Below are positions 18,401 to 30,400 of a stretch of DNA of 62,864 nt, piece after piece. The stretch's first letter is position 1, and each line of letters begins with the position of its first letter. The notes beneath the pieces were generated by a model. It was given only the letters and a program-made list of their open reading frames with translations. It did not search any database and was not told the origin of the DNA. Made by a program: the position numbers and the translations under genes. Origin of the DNA: an uncultured bacterium (GTDB lineage: Bacteria > Patescibacteriota > Microgenomatia > UBA1400 > PJMF01); assembly GCA_903959355.1 (NCBI GenBank), contig CAJBWJ010000025.1:1-62864 (forward strand), read 5' to 3'.

Positions 18401-21400
18401 ATTCTAAAATCGTCATCTTTAGAATAAGTCTTCATCAAATTCAAAATATAATCAGTGCTAGTTTTTGATAAACCAGATTTATTAGCATAAAGATTTTCAA
18501 GAATGATGGCCATCGACTCTGCACTCGCACTTCTAGCATATCCGTCTACATCTTCTGTATAATATAAAATTCCATTTATGCCTATTTCTTCAAAATAAGC
18601 ACTCATGTCTTTTTGAGTAGAAGCATTAACAAAATCAACAAGTATAGATGTTGCTTCTTCTTCTGATTGAATCAGCATTGCTTTCATAAGTTGCGCAATA
18701 ATTCTGTCTTGACCTTTTGGAGCAATTTGCAAAGCTTGTTCTAAACTAATATTTTGCGATTCAAAATACCTCATCACCGCCATAGCCACTGGCACTTTAA
18801 TTGTTGAAGCAGCATGAAAAGATTTATTTTCCTGGTAAGAATACCCTGCTTCAGTTGAACCAATCTTATGTATGTAAGCTCCCCATTCTCCAGGAGCTTC
18901 TTCTAATATTCCTGTAATTTCTTGCTCTATTGCCTTAATTTCTTGATCACTTAGAGATGATTGCTGTGTTGGAATCGCATTTACTGCTGGAGGTGCAACG
19001 ACGGTTGGAGCTTTTTCAACTACTGGAGGTTGCGCAACAACTGCTGGAGCTTCAACAACTGGAGCTTGCTCCACAGGAGCTTGTGCTTGTGGAGCTTCAA
19101 CGGTTTGAACAATGGCTGGTTTATTGTCTACTGGATTCACTTTGGTACCCTGAGGAACCACTGAGAAGTAAACAATTGAGGCAACAACCATTGCAGACAA
19201 AACTGCCGCAACAATATTTCTTGGTTTACGAATGTTTAATTTTGGCAAATTAATTTTTGAAGCAAATCTCTTAGCAGCCGCCTTCTTAGCCCATAAATAA
19301 AGACCGGTTCCAAAGGTTCCAAAACCAACGGCTGCTGCAGCTGCATTGCGACCCAAACTCTTCCTGAAGTTATTGAGTCCATTACCTAAACTCTTAAGCG
19401 TTTCTGCTGGTTTAAATTCTTTTTTGTCTGCAACTGGAGCGATAGCGACTGGAGCAACACCACTAATTTCTTGCTTCTTGGCTTCTATCAAAGAAGTGAG
19501 TTTATCAGCCTGCATAATTAATTTGGCAGCACTGGCACTTGAAGAGTCAAAAGTGTATGGCTGACCAGTTAGAGTTATGTATTCAGAAATGAGAGTCTCT
19601 GCATTTGTTCTCAATTTACTCATGTAGTCACTTCTTTTTTGTAGAGTGTCAGCAAAAGCATTAATTTTTTCAAGAATATTATCTTGATTAAAATCGGAAG
19701 TCATTAAATAATCCAAGCCATCTACAACTCTCGCTAAATTACGATTTAATTCAGACAAAGACACTGAGCCGATTGATCCCTCAACTTCAAAAGCAGCAAT
19801 AACTGGCTGAATTTCTGTTAAAGCCAATTCTAATTGTTCTTGTTGTTTATCAGAGATAAAATTAGTTCTCATCTGTCTAACAATTTCTCTAATGCCAATT
19901 CTTAGAGAGTCTCCAATATATTCTTGACTACTCTTTTGTAATTGGACGTCTTTCAATGTTTTTAATTCTCCAGCCACTAATTCTTCTGTCAGATTTCCAG
20001 CATCTTCTTTAAATTCAGCCCATTTTTTAAGTTTCTGAGTCATTTCTTCAAAATCAGTCTTAGCTTGAGCATCTAGAGGAATGTTTTGTACTGGAGTAGT
20101 TAGACCAGGTAAACCAACGGCTTTAGTTATCATGAAACCATCGGCTAAAGTTTGACGAATAAATTGAGTTGCTTCATAGACAGACTTTATGGCTGAATTA
20201 GTATCGGCTAAAGTTTGCCTAATCAAAGCTTCACGTGCTCCAACCCAAGCATTTAAATAAAGTTGAACACATTGGTTTTCCCAACCATGATCATAAATTA
20301 CTTGGCTACGAATATCATCTAATTGTTTAATCGCAGCCTGTTTTTTGGCTGCAGCTTGCTTGTCAAAATCCACAGCTTGCTTCTGATTACCTGCGGTTCT
20401 GGCAGCAACAGCTTGTTTACTAAAAACATCAGCCTCAGCTAGAAGACTGTCAGCAAGTTCTACACCAGCTTTGGTTTGTTCACGAACGAGATCACAGTCG
20501 GAACAGAGACTGTTTAAATATGAACCAGCTTCATCTAACAAATTGGCAGGAGCAGTATTTAAAGATTGTCCCTGAAACAAACTTTCCAGATAAGTAATTG
20601 CGTCATTCAATTTGTTTACATCTAATAAATTAATGGATTTTATTAGAGACTGAACCAATAAGGAATCTACTCCATTGATTCTTTGTAAAGCCAACTTGAA
20701 TTCAAAAAGTCTACTTCCAAGACTTGTTGGATCATAATTAAGTAAAGATTTGGCACTAACATATTTCATGGCTTCAGCAAATGTTCCCACAGAACTGTGG
20801 GTAAAAACTCCAGCATCAGGTACATAAAATTGATTTGTTACTCCATCAAATTCAGGATTACTAACTAGTTTCTCCAAGTAATGAGCTAATTCATGAACTG
20901 AAACTCTTGTGTAGTTACCTGCCAAACTTCTTTGCAAATAAAAGGTTTTTTTAGTTGAACTAGCATTACTATTGTCATATCCACTAAAAGCTCCAGCAAA
21001 ACCATCTACTCCTTCTACAAAAGCAACTTCTTCTATGCCAAATGTTTTTGCAATTTCCAATATTTTCTTTCTAGCAAATTCTTCACTAGCTGTTAAATCT
21101 TTGGCAACATATTTTTCTGGATCTTTAAAGAAACTGTCCATTCCTACATAAGCATTGACCATGCTGGCCGCTTGAGCAACACGAGCAGTGTCAACCTCAC
21201 TCAAAGGCTGTTCAGAAACTTGTTCCACTTCAATTCCCAATTCTTTGGCCATTTCCATTTCTTTACTTACTCTAGACTTAGTACCCAATTCATTGGATTT
21301 TTTAGCAATTTCAGCTTGAACTTGTAATCTTTTAAGCAGCATGCTGGTGGTTTTTTTAGAATCATCAGTAGTTACGTTTAGGTTTAGAATCAACTTCAAA

Positions 21401-24400
21401 ATGCCATTTTTCCAATCCATCTCTTCTTGATTAATTAGAGATTGCAATTCTTCAGTAGATAATTCATCTATTTTTCCATCATTAATTTTTTTAATAATGC
21501 CTATCAATTCAACGTCCTTCCCCAAATCAAAAGCGTAAGAATAATTTGGTGACGAATACCAATCTAAAGGTAGAGAAGTAAAAACAAATTGTGGATTTGT
21601 TTGAGTAATTGCTTTTTGAGCCAAAGCTTTAAAGAAAGCTATTGCTAAATATTTTTGAATTTGTGGCAAATAATAAGATTCATTCTCAAATGATCCTCTA
21701 TTACGAATAAGTGGTAATGGAATTTGAATATTAAGATGCAAATCACTCACATATTTTCGTAAATCTTTTGGAATTAACTTTAAATATTCATCTTTTATTT
21801 CCTTAACTCTTAAGCCATTCCTATCAATAATTTGAAGAGGCATATCCTTGGTTTCATAAATCTGAATCTTTCCTTTGTTGACAACTGTTTTTGTATCTTT
21901 ATCGAATAAATTTAAATCTACATCGGCAAGCAACTTCTTTCCCTCAACAATTAATTCCTCTTCTTTTCCATCTGCTGCCTTAATATAAATTTTGAAATTA
22001 TCATTTTGAGACATACCAGCAAACATTTTCCAAGATTGTCTGGAAGAAATAGCCTCAAATTCAGGAATTGTATTTTCAGCATATTTAATTCTACGCACCG
22101 TTACTCCAGTTGGTAAATTTTCTCCAGCAAGATCTTTAAATCCTACTAAGACTAATTTTTCTGGATTTCCAGCGTCATTCTTTTTAACTTCAAAGAAGAA
22201 TTGATAGGCTCTATCTTCATTGACACTAACTATTTCCACCTTATCTACTCCTTCAAAGATTGTGTATTTACCTGTGCCAAAAAAGCCAGCCAAATCAATT
22301 TGTTGTCCGATTGATTTGGTAGATTTTGGAATAAGAAGAGCTATCTCATCAAGCGCTCCAGTTCCATTGTCATAAGCTTCTTCCACATACTCTCTGATGC
22401 CATTTCTAACTCTTAGATAAAAATCAACCACTAGCTTTCCAGCACGACCCCTAGTAGCGTCTTTTGCATTCTGAGTAATTTCAGCAGTATGAGCATCACC
22501 TTCTCTTTGCACTGCAATGTTCTTTAAAACTTCAGATTCTAAATTTTCATCAATTTTTGGAACATTTGTGGCAAAACCAGTAACTAATTCTTCTAAATTA
22601 TTAACAGGTTGAGACAAACTGCCTTTGGCCTGATTCATTTTGATGATTTGAGAAACTTGAAGACCTTCTTCTGGTAAATTAATATCTCTACCAGTGGCTT
22701 GCTCTCTGTCATCAAGTCTAAGCTGATCAACATCTCTACTTAAAAATATAAATATAGATCTGAGATCAGCTGGGATATTATCAATATCTTCTTTGCTATA
22801 TCTTCTTAAATATATGTCTAGAAGTCTTATATTTGATTTAAAAGAACCGACAATCAAATCAAAAAATTTCTTTCTTTCGCCTGATCTTAGGGCCATTATC
22901 TTTGCAATTTGTTGGCTTACGATTTTTGGATCTGACCATTCTCTCCCTGCAATTTCATCAAAGAATGCCGAGATGTGCAGAATTTGAGTGTAGCCATATC
23001 CTTCATTTTCCAAAGCTTCGATTAAAGGCCTACATGCTCTGTTCATATCAATAGATTTTTGTCGCAAGAATGGAGTGATGTAAGCAGACAAAGATAAATC
23101 GCTAGTTTTTATATCTAAAATAGTGTGGTCTGCTTTCATAAATGAAAAAAGAGAAAGACTCAAATGTTGATAAGCATATGATTTGTCATAAGGTTCAAGT
23201 GAACCGTATCTTTTATTGAAATCTTCCAAGAAAGCCTGCATATTTGGAATTTTGTTGGCATTTTTAATTGCCATATCAATTGGACCATTGCTCAAATCAA
23301 TTTCTGAACCGTTTGTTGCATAACTTAGAACTTGAGATTTGAGATATTCTTCTTGTTCTACATACATTTGCTTGATACTAGAAATAAATTCCTGTCTATG
23401 TTCTTCAGGAACTGAGTTCAAAATTGGCATGTATATATTTCTGAATTCTTGAATATATCTATCTCTGTTTTCTTGATTTTCACCAATAATTTTATTTAAT
23501 ATATCAGCTTTATTAACACCATTGATTTGATTAAATTCAGTTAAACCTTTTGTTTCTAGACTTTCCTTTGTATCGGCACCACTTTTAAGATCATCTATTA
23601 TTCTGCCAAGTTGGGTTTGATTTATTTCACCATGAAAGGTGATTACAACTTGTTTATTATTTTTATCTTTCAGAAGTACAAAAGAAGTTTGATTTGTGCC
23701 ATAAATATTACTTTTTATTACGATAGCATCACCATCAGAAACCACAGTTATATCCCCTTTGGTAAACTTAGGATCAATGCTAACAAGCTCTGAATAACCA
23801 TTTCTTAAGTCAAAAATTTCCATATTTGGAGATTCGCCAACAAACAAAAATCTGCCTTCAGGATCCATTGTCGCCTTGGAGACAATCCTTGAAGTTACTT
23901 TCCCTCCATAATTTAGGGTTATGTTTACACCAGCAGTTCCATAGCTAATTATTCTAGGCACTCCATAAGCGTCATCTAAATGTGACAATGATGCACTTTT
24001 AGAAAAGTTAATCATTTGAATATCTTTTTTCTGATTCTCATTCGTCACTGTTCGATAGATATAAGAAGAAAGCTTATCATTTTCTATTTCAATAAAACCC
24101 TGATCTTTCAAGTTAGATTCATTAAGAGTTGGAGCAATGAATGCAGTAGGATCAGCAGTAAACACAAAATTACCTCCAGCATCAAATAAAGCTCTACCTT
24201 TTGGAAAATCTAGTCTTATTTCAGCACCGCGAAATTTATCTATACTATAAGGACCAGGAGGATCATTAATTGTGAACCAAACTTTAAAATCATTTTTGTT
24301 CAATGATTCTATAAGATTCTCTTTGAAAGTATCAAATTCACTTGTCAAAAAACGAGGATCGTCAATCATTTGCGGGAAAAAAACTTCTACAATCTGACCA

Positions 24401-27400
24401 TTTATTATTCCAAAATAAAAAAGTCCATTTGGACCGCTCACGATATCATCAAAACCTATTGAATAACCACCATAGCCAATTGTTTTATTAAGATAAAAAG
24501 AATAAAAATGTTTTTTGCCATTTTCAATAATAATTGCATTTTTTTGTTTAGATTTTAAAAATGAAGAGCTTGTAAATTCTATTTCTTCTTTGAGAAGAAG
24601 AGTGTACTCATTACTAAATTGTAAAGTTGAAAATTCATTTTGGTCATAAGCTGTTTTTGTATAATAGTTACTTCCACGAGAGTTATATGAATAAACCCCA
24701 GCTTCAGCGCCAGATTCAAGAATTAGTGCGCCACTTTTAACATCTAGAACTCCACCATTTTGATCAACTAATATTTCACCAGTTGGAGCGCCAGTAAATG
24801 GCTGAAGAGTTTTTTTATAATTAGTATTGGTAGAAGGATTTACAAAACTACTTGAAAAATCGTTTGCTAAAAATTTATTTACAATATCTGAATCAATATT
24901 TCCCTCGTCTACTTTTACATTCAATTCGTCTTTCGTAATTATTTCTACATCTTCTATTCTCAAATTCTGTTCCACAGAACCAATTTCATAATCAGTTACA
25001 ACCTGATCAGCTGTTATGATATCTATTCTTTCTGCTAAATCTAAAAATTCTTGTTGCTCCTCAGTGTTTAATTCTCTTTGAGATCTTAAGTCATTTAACT
25101 CAATAAATCTAGCAAATGCATAAACATTTTTTGGTAAAACGACCATCGATCCATTCTTAATTACTGGCAAACGATCAATGGCTGTATTCAAATGCCAGGC
25201 ACCATTGAATGCGCGTGCTAAGCTAGTTGCATTGTCATCAAAATCAACAAACACTAATGGCAATTTGCTAGCACCACCAACAGTAATGTTGCTAACTATT
25301 TTTGCTCCTAAATAATTTTTCAAGTAATAAGATTCATTCCAATCAAAGACATCCTTATTTAGAAAAACAGTTTTATTTCTATCAATTGCAATTGATGAAA
25401 AGCTGGCCTCATCAGTAAAAATTAAATATCCATCTTTTCTTAGAGATACCAATATATCTTTAATTTTATCTTTTGTAGCACCTTTGATACTGTTAATTGT
25501 TTTTTTATAACTTGGATTACCACCTTCCAAAAATTCTATTCCAGCAATAATGGTGTTTATATATTTTATTTTTTCTAAAGACTGCAGCTCACTGTTTGAA
25601 ACAATTCGATCGACCATGTCATCTATGGCAACTTCAAAATTACTCATTTTACCTGATTCAGACTTTGAATTAATTATTAGGCTATCTCTGGACTCTGGAA
25701 CTTCAACTAAGTTAGCCAGTTCTAATAATAGATTGCCGGACACTAAAGAACCTTCAACCTTATTGCTTGGTAAAACAAAAGAAACAATTCCTTCTCTATT
25801 TCTAGAGAAAATAATTCTTTTTTCTTCATCATTACCTAATTCTTCAAAAATAAGTCCTAATTTAGTCTTTTCTTGCTCAATTTGCTGTTCATTTAAAGGC
25901 TCGGTAACTTTGGAGCCTTGCTTTGGCACAAACATTCTGCTTAAAAGAGCTTCGTTCATGCCAGTACCGTTATCAATTATTTCTATCGAATTAGAATTAG
26001 CTTTAACGTAAACAACATTATCTTTTGGATCATTAACTATGCCACCCTTGCTATAAGGAATAATGCTTCTTTTTTTGTTGTAACCATTTATTAATTTGTA
26101 ATCATCTCCTCCAAAGCTAGTAAATATTTTTAATCCTGGTACAAAAGAGTATTTATTACGAACTCCGCCGACAATCTTTTCTTGTGAAATAGTTTTTACA
26201 TCGTTGAGCTCACTATTTAATTTCGCGATATCGTCTTTAACGCTTAATTTGATCTTAGTGCCATGATCCAAATCAAAAGCAAAATCTCTCTTAGCATCAT
26301 CTTTGCTAAGTTTTTTCAAACTAATGTTATATCCGGATTCATTTTTACTTACACGGAGATAAAGAACACTCTCTGATCCAGCAGAAGTAGTTAGAACTTC
26401 GACATTGTCTTGACCATTAGTATCCAACCAAGCCAAAATTTGTTTAATACCTTTACCAAATTTACCAATACTATTACCTATCCCTGGAATAGCATCTATG
26501 CTATTAGCAACTGCTTCATAAATTGATTGCTCCATTGAAGAACCACTTTGTTGATTTATTTCTACCGAAACTCTTGGATCCAAATCACTACCTGGGACAA
26601 CTTCTTCAACGCCAGCAATTATTTGTACGATGTCTTTTCTATAAGAAGAATCTAGTAAAATACCGTATATATCTTCATAAAGCTTGGTCTCTGAATATGT
26701 ATTTAATGGTAAATTTGTGGCTTTTGCCAAATCAAGAATTTGTTGCTTTGTTAAATTCTTGAGAGCTAAATTGTTTTGAGCGACAAGAAATAAATTGTAA
26801 TCTACCCCTTGATTAGAACTACTAGTTTCATCTGTATTTATTAAACTTTTAATTTGCTGTATCTGCTCTCTTAAAGAAATCTCGCCAGCATCTAAATTAT
26901 AATTAAATTTCTTTTTTGTGGTTGTAAGATAGCTTTGAGCTAATTGCTTTAATTCACTTCTCAATGAAGTTAAATTTGCTTTAACATCAGTTAGTTGTTT
27001 GGCAAAATCTTTAATTTCTGTCCACCACTTCTTATTTTCTAATTTAGAATTTTGGAAAAATTTTGTTGCACGGTCAACAGTTCTTAATGCTTCATTGATT
27101 TCTCTGAGACTTAAAGAGCCAATCATGCCTGGCTGTCTCAATTTGGAAAAGACTGGGTCGTATTTTTTTACAAAATCAATTAATTTTGTATTACTTTTTA
27201 CTGCATTACTTGCTTTAGATTTAAAGTCATTTACATCTTTAAAACTCGCACTATCTTGATTAATGATAATCATGCCAAGAATATCTTCAGTGGAACCTTG
27301 AAAAAAGACATAATCCAAGCCAGATGATTTTTCTAAAGCATCTATCTCAATAATTAAATTAGATAAAATATCCAACTGCTTCTCATAGTCACCAACAGTA

Positions 27401-30400
27401 ACAATGTTCACATCAATTCCTAATGATTTAAAGAGCTCAGAAATTTTTGTAAACTTTCTTTGTTGATCATTCAGCCACTGATTGGCATCTATCTCAGTTT
27501 TCCATGAATTAACTAAAGAGCTTTCAGCACCAATTTGCACAGCTTTATCACGAAGTGCACTGAGAGCTATTCCATCTTCTGGAGAATTATTTATTTGATC
27601 ATTCTCATTGACATATGATTCATTCATTTGTTGCAAATCAACAAGTGCTTTTTCAAGTTCGTCGGCAGTCATAGCAGCTAAATCATATTCAAGAATTGCA
27701 CCCTTAGCCTTCAGTTCTTCCATTATTGGATTGATTTTACCTATGAGTTCTTTTTTACGATTTGTTTCTTCCAATAGTTTTGAGGCATCATCTAGAGCAG
27801 CTTGGATTTTTGCAGATAAATCAATGGTTCTGTCAGCTATACTCAACAAACCATTTAAAGAAACAAAGTTTGGAGTAATCTTGCTTATATTCAAAATAAA
27901 AGCATTCCTAGTAAATTTATGTTGATTAAATGCTTCTAAAACTAAATCAAGCAGTTTCTGACTAAGAACAGAGACGTCACTTAAGGCTTCGTTTCCTAAT
28001 AAGAATGGTTTAACTTGAATACCTGCTTGTCTAAATGAATTCAAGAAATTGGACACTTCTCTTTGAGCATCGAGAAGTGCTTTGGCTTTTTGTAAAAGCG
28101 CTGTTGACTGCAAAAGACCATCCTCTAAACCAGTTATTGTTTGATTAGTATTTGCCTGAGCGCTTAAAAGATTGGCTACGTTTAAAACTGATAACTGATC
28201 TTGTAGCTTAGATCCAGAATTAGCTGCAGCATCAGTGTCTAAATTATTTTTTTCAATTTGTTTGTTAATTTGACCAAGCTGTGCGCTTATGTTTTCAAAT
28301 TCTGAACGCAATTGACTTAGCTTTTGTCTACTAGATTCTGATTGCTCATTAGCTTCAATTAATACATCAGATAACGGTCTAGCCAAAATTACTCCTAATT
28401 GTTGCTTTGGAAGACCAGCTGCAATCGCCACATTTAATTTTTCTATTCCTGGAACTGTTTGAGTGAAAGTTCTCCCTCTGCTTTTGCCTTTCCCGTATTT
28501 ACTGTCATATGATCCAGAAAGTGCGCCATCAACATTAGTTACTCTTGAGTCTTTTGGCACTGCTGTCTCACTGTGACCATGCACTAAATGCTCTGCATTG
28601 TAAGTTTCTAAGAAATAAGAGACATCCCCTGCTAAATCGAAACCTTCTCTTTTAGTTAGATCATGCAACAATAATTCCAAATCTTTTAATCCCGATTGAT
28701 TGCTCATTATTGAACGTATTCTATTGTTTACATCTTGAACAGTTTTTCCATACGCTGTGTAAGCAGTGGTATCACTATGAAAACGTAGAACGCCATCATC
28801 TATAGTCATAGCATCTAGATTCATAACCCAATTTGCTAAATCTGGATGATCAAAAAGATAAATCACTTCTTCTGGAGTAATTCCTGGGTTCATTCCAGTA
28901 AAACTTCCTGCCTCTGCAGCAGTGTTTTTATCAACATTTGGCCTATTTGCTAATATATCTTTCATTCGCCAATATGCAAAAATAGCATTTATATCGTGAT
29001 TTCCAATTAATACCTTAACTCTAGGAGTTCCGTCAGCAAAATTTCCAGCTTGCTTTTGCAAATTCATGATACGCTCTGCTGTTTCAGCAGCGCTGACACC
29101 AGCTGGAGCACGATCAAATAAATCTCCGGTAAGAACTAAGTAATCAGTCGGCCCACCAATCCATTTTTCATTACTATCCAATAAAGGTTTGCTTATTCTT
29201 TCTCCGCTTTCGTTCGTTGAGCTTCCACTAAGCAATCCAACTAAAGCCTTCCAGTCTCCGTGCACATCTCCGATGGTAATGATGTCTCGACGAGTTACTT
29301 CATCTTCCTGCAAGGATATCTGCAAACGATTGGTAGCTGTATGTCTGGCAACAAAGAAATCTTCTGTAACTGTACCTAAAATATCTCTTATATAGCCATC
29401 AGCTCCTTCTGGATCATTTTTAAATTCAGGAAGATAACTAAACTCTCCAACCACATAACTCAAAGCTGGCTGTAATTTATATCTAGCAAATTCTCCTTTA
29501 ATTGTTTGCGTGATTTGCATGCGCACGGCTGCTAAATCTTTATTATTTTCTCTGCTAAGAGAAAGAGCTAACGTACGCAGAGATTGATTAATATTTTTAT
29601 CTAATTCTACGACAACCTTATCTCTAATTTTTTGTGCTGCTGCTGCCTGCTGCTCTTTTGTGAAAGCTGGCTTTATCTGACCGGATAAAGCGGTAGCTTG
29701 ATTGGAAATTTCTTTAGATCTAATCAAAAACTCATCTCTTTGGCCTTGGAGTTCTTTTAGCTTGGCCTGTAATTGAGTGGTGTTGTTTTTAATATTTTCT
29801 AATTCTTGGTTTATCTCTCCAGAGAGTTTTATTTTTTGCTCTAAATCTTTTAAAATTGCTTTCGCATCACTTATTTGCGAATTTAAATATTTCACTTCAG
29901 CATTGATATCTCCATAATCTTTAGCTAAAGTATCAAGTTGAGTTTTTTCTTCTGGGCTCAATATTGCAATTCTATTAGTTGGAACAGTTTTTAACTTAGA
30001 AGCTAAACTAGAAACTGCTTGTCTAAATCCAGCAGTTTTTTGCCAAAGTTGTTTAGCTCTATCCGATAATTGCTTGATTCTTTCTGATAAAGAAACTGAC
30101 GAAGTTTTGTTATTTTGAATTTCTGGTACAGATTGAGTGCCAGCATCAGCAACAGGCGCTAAATTTTCTTTTTTATTTTCCAAAAGAGCCTTTGCTTCAT
30201 TCCATGCTTTAAGAGCTCGATCAGCACTAACATTAAGTCCTCCAGCTCTCTCAGGAATACTAGCCAATAATCTGCTTACTCCACTTCTTAAATTACTGAG
30301 ATGAGTGCTTAAGCCAATTTGCACATATTTGACATCGTCGGCATATTTTTCTTTAACTACAGGAATTGCTTCGGCAGTAAAATCTTTTTGATTTATGGAT

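Noticed and set aside
18185..18950. Antibiotic resistance gene call
   Set aside because: Domain is embedded in a giant protein, the SDN motif is altered, and there is no mobile context
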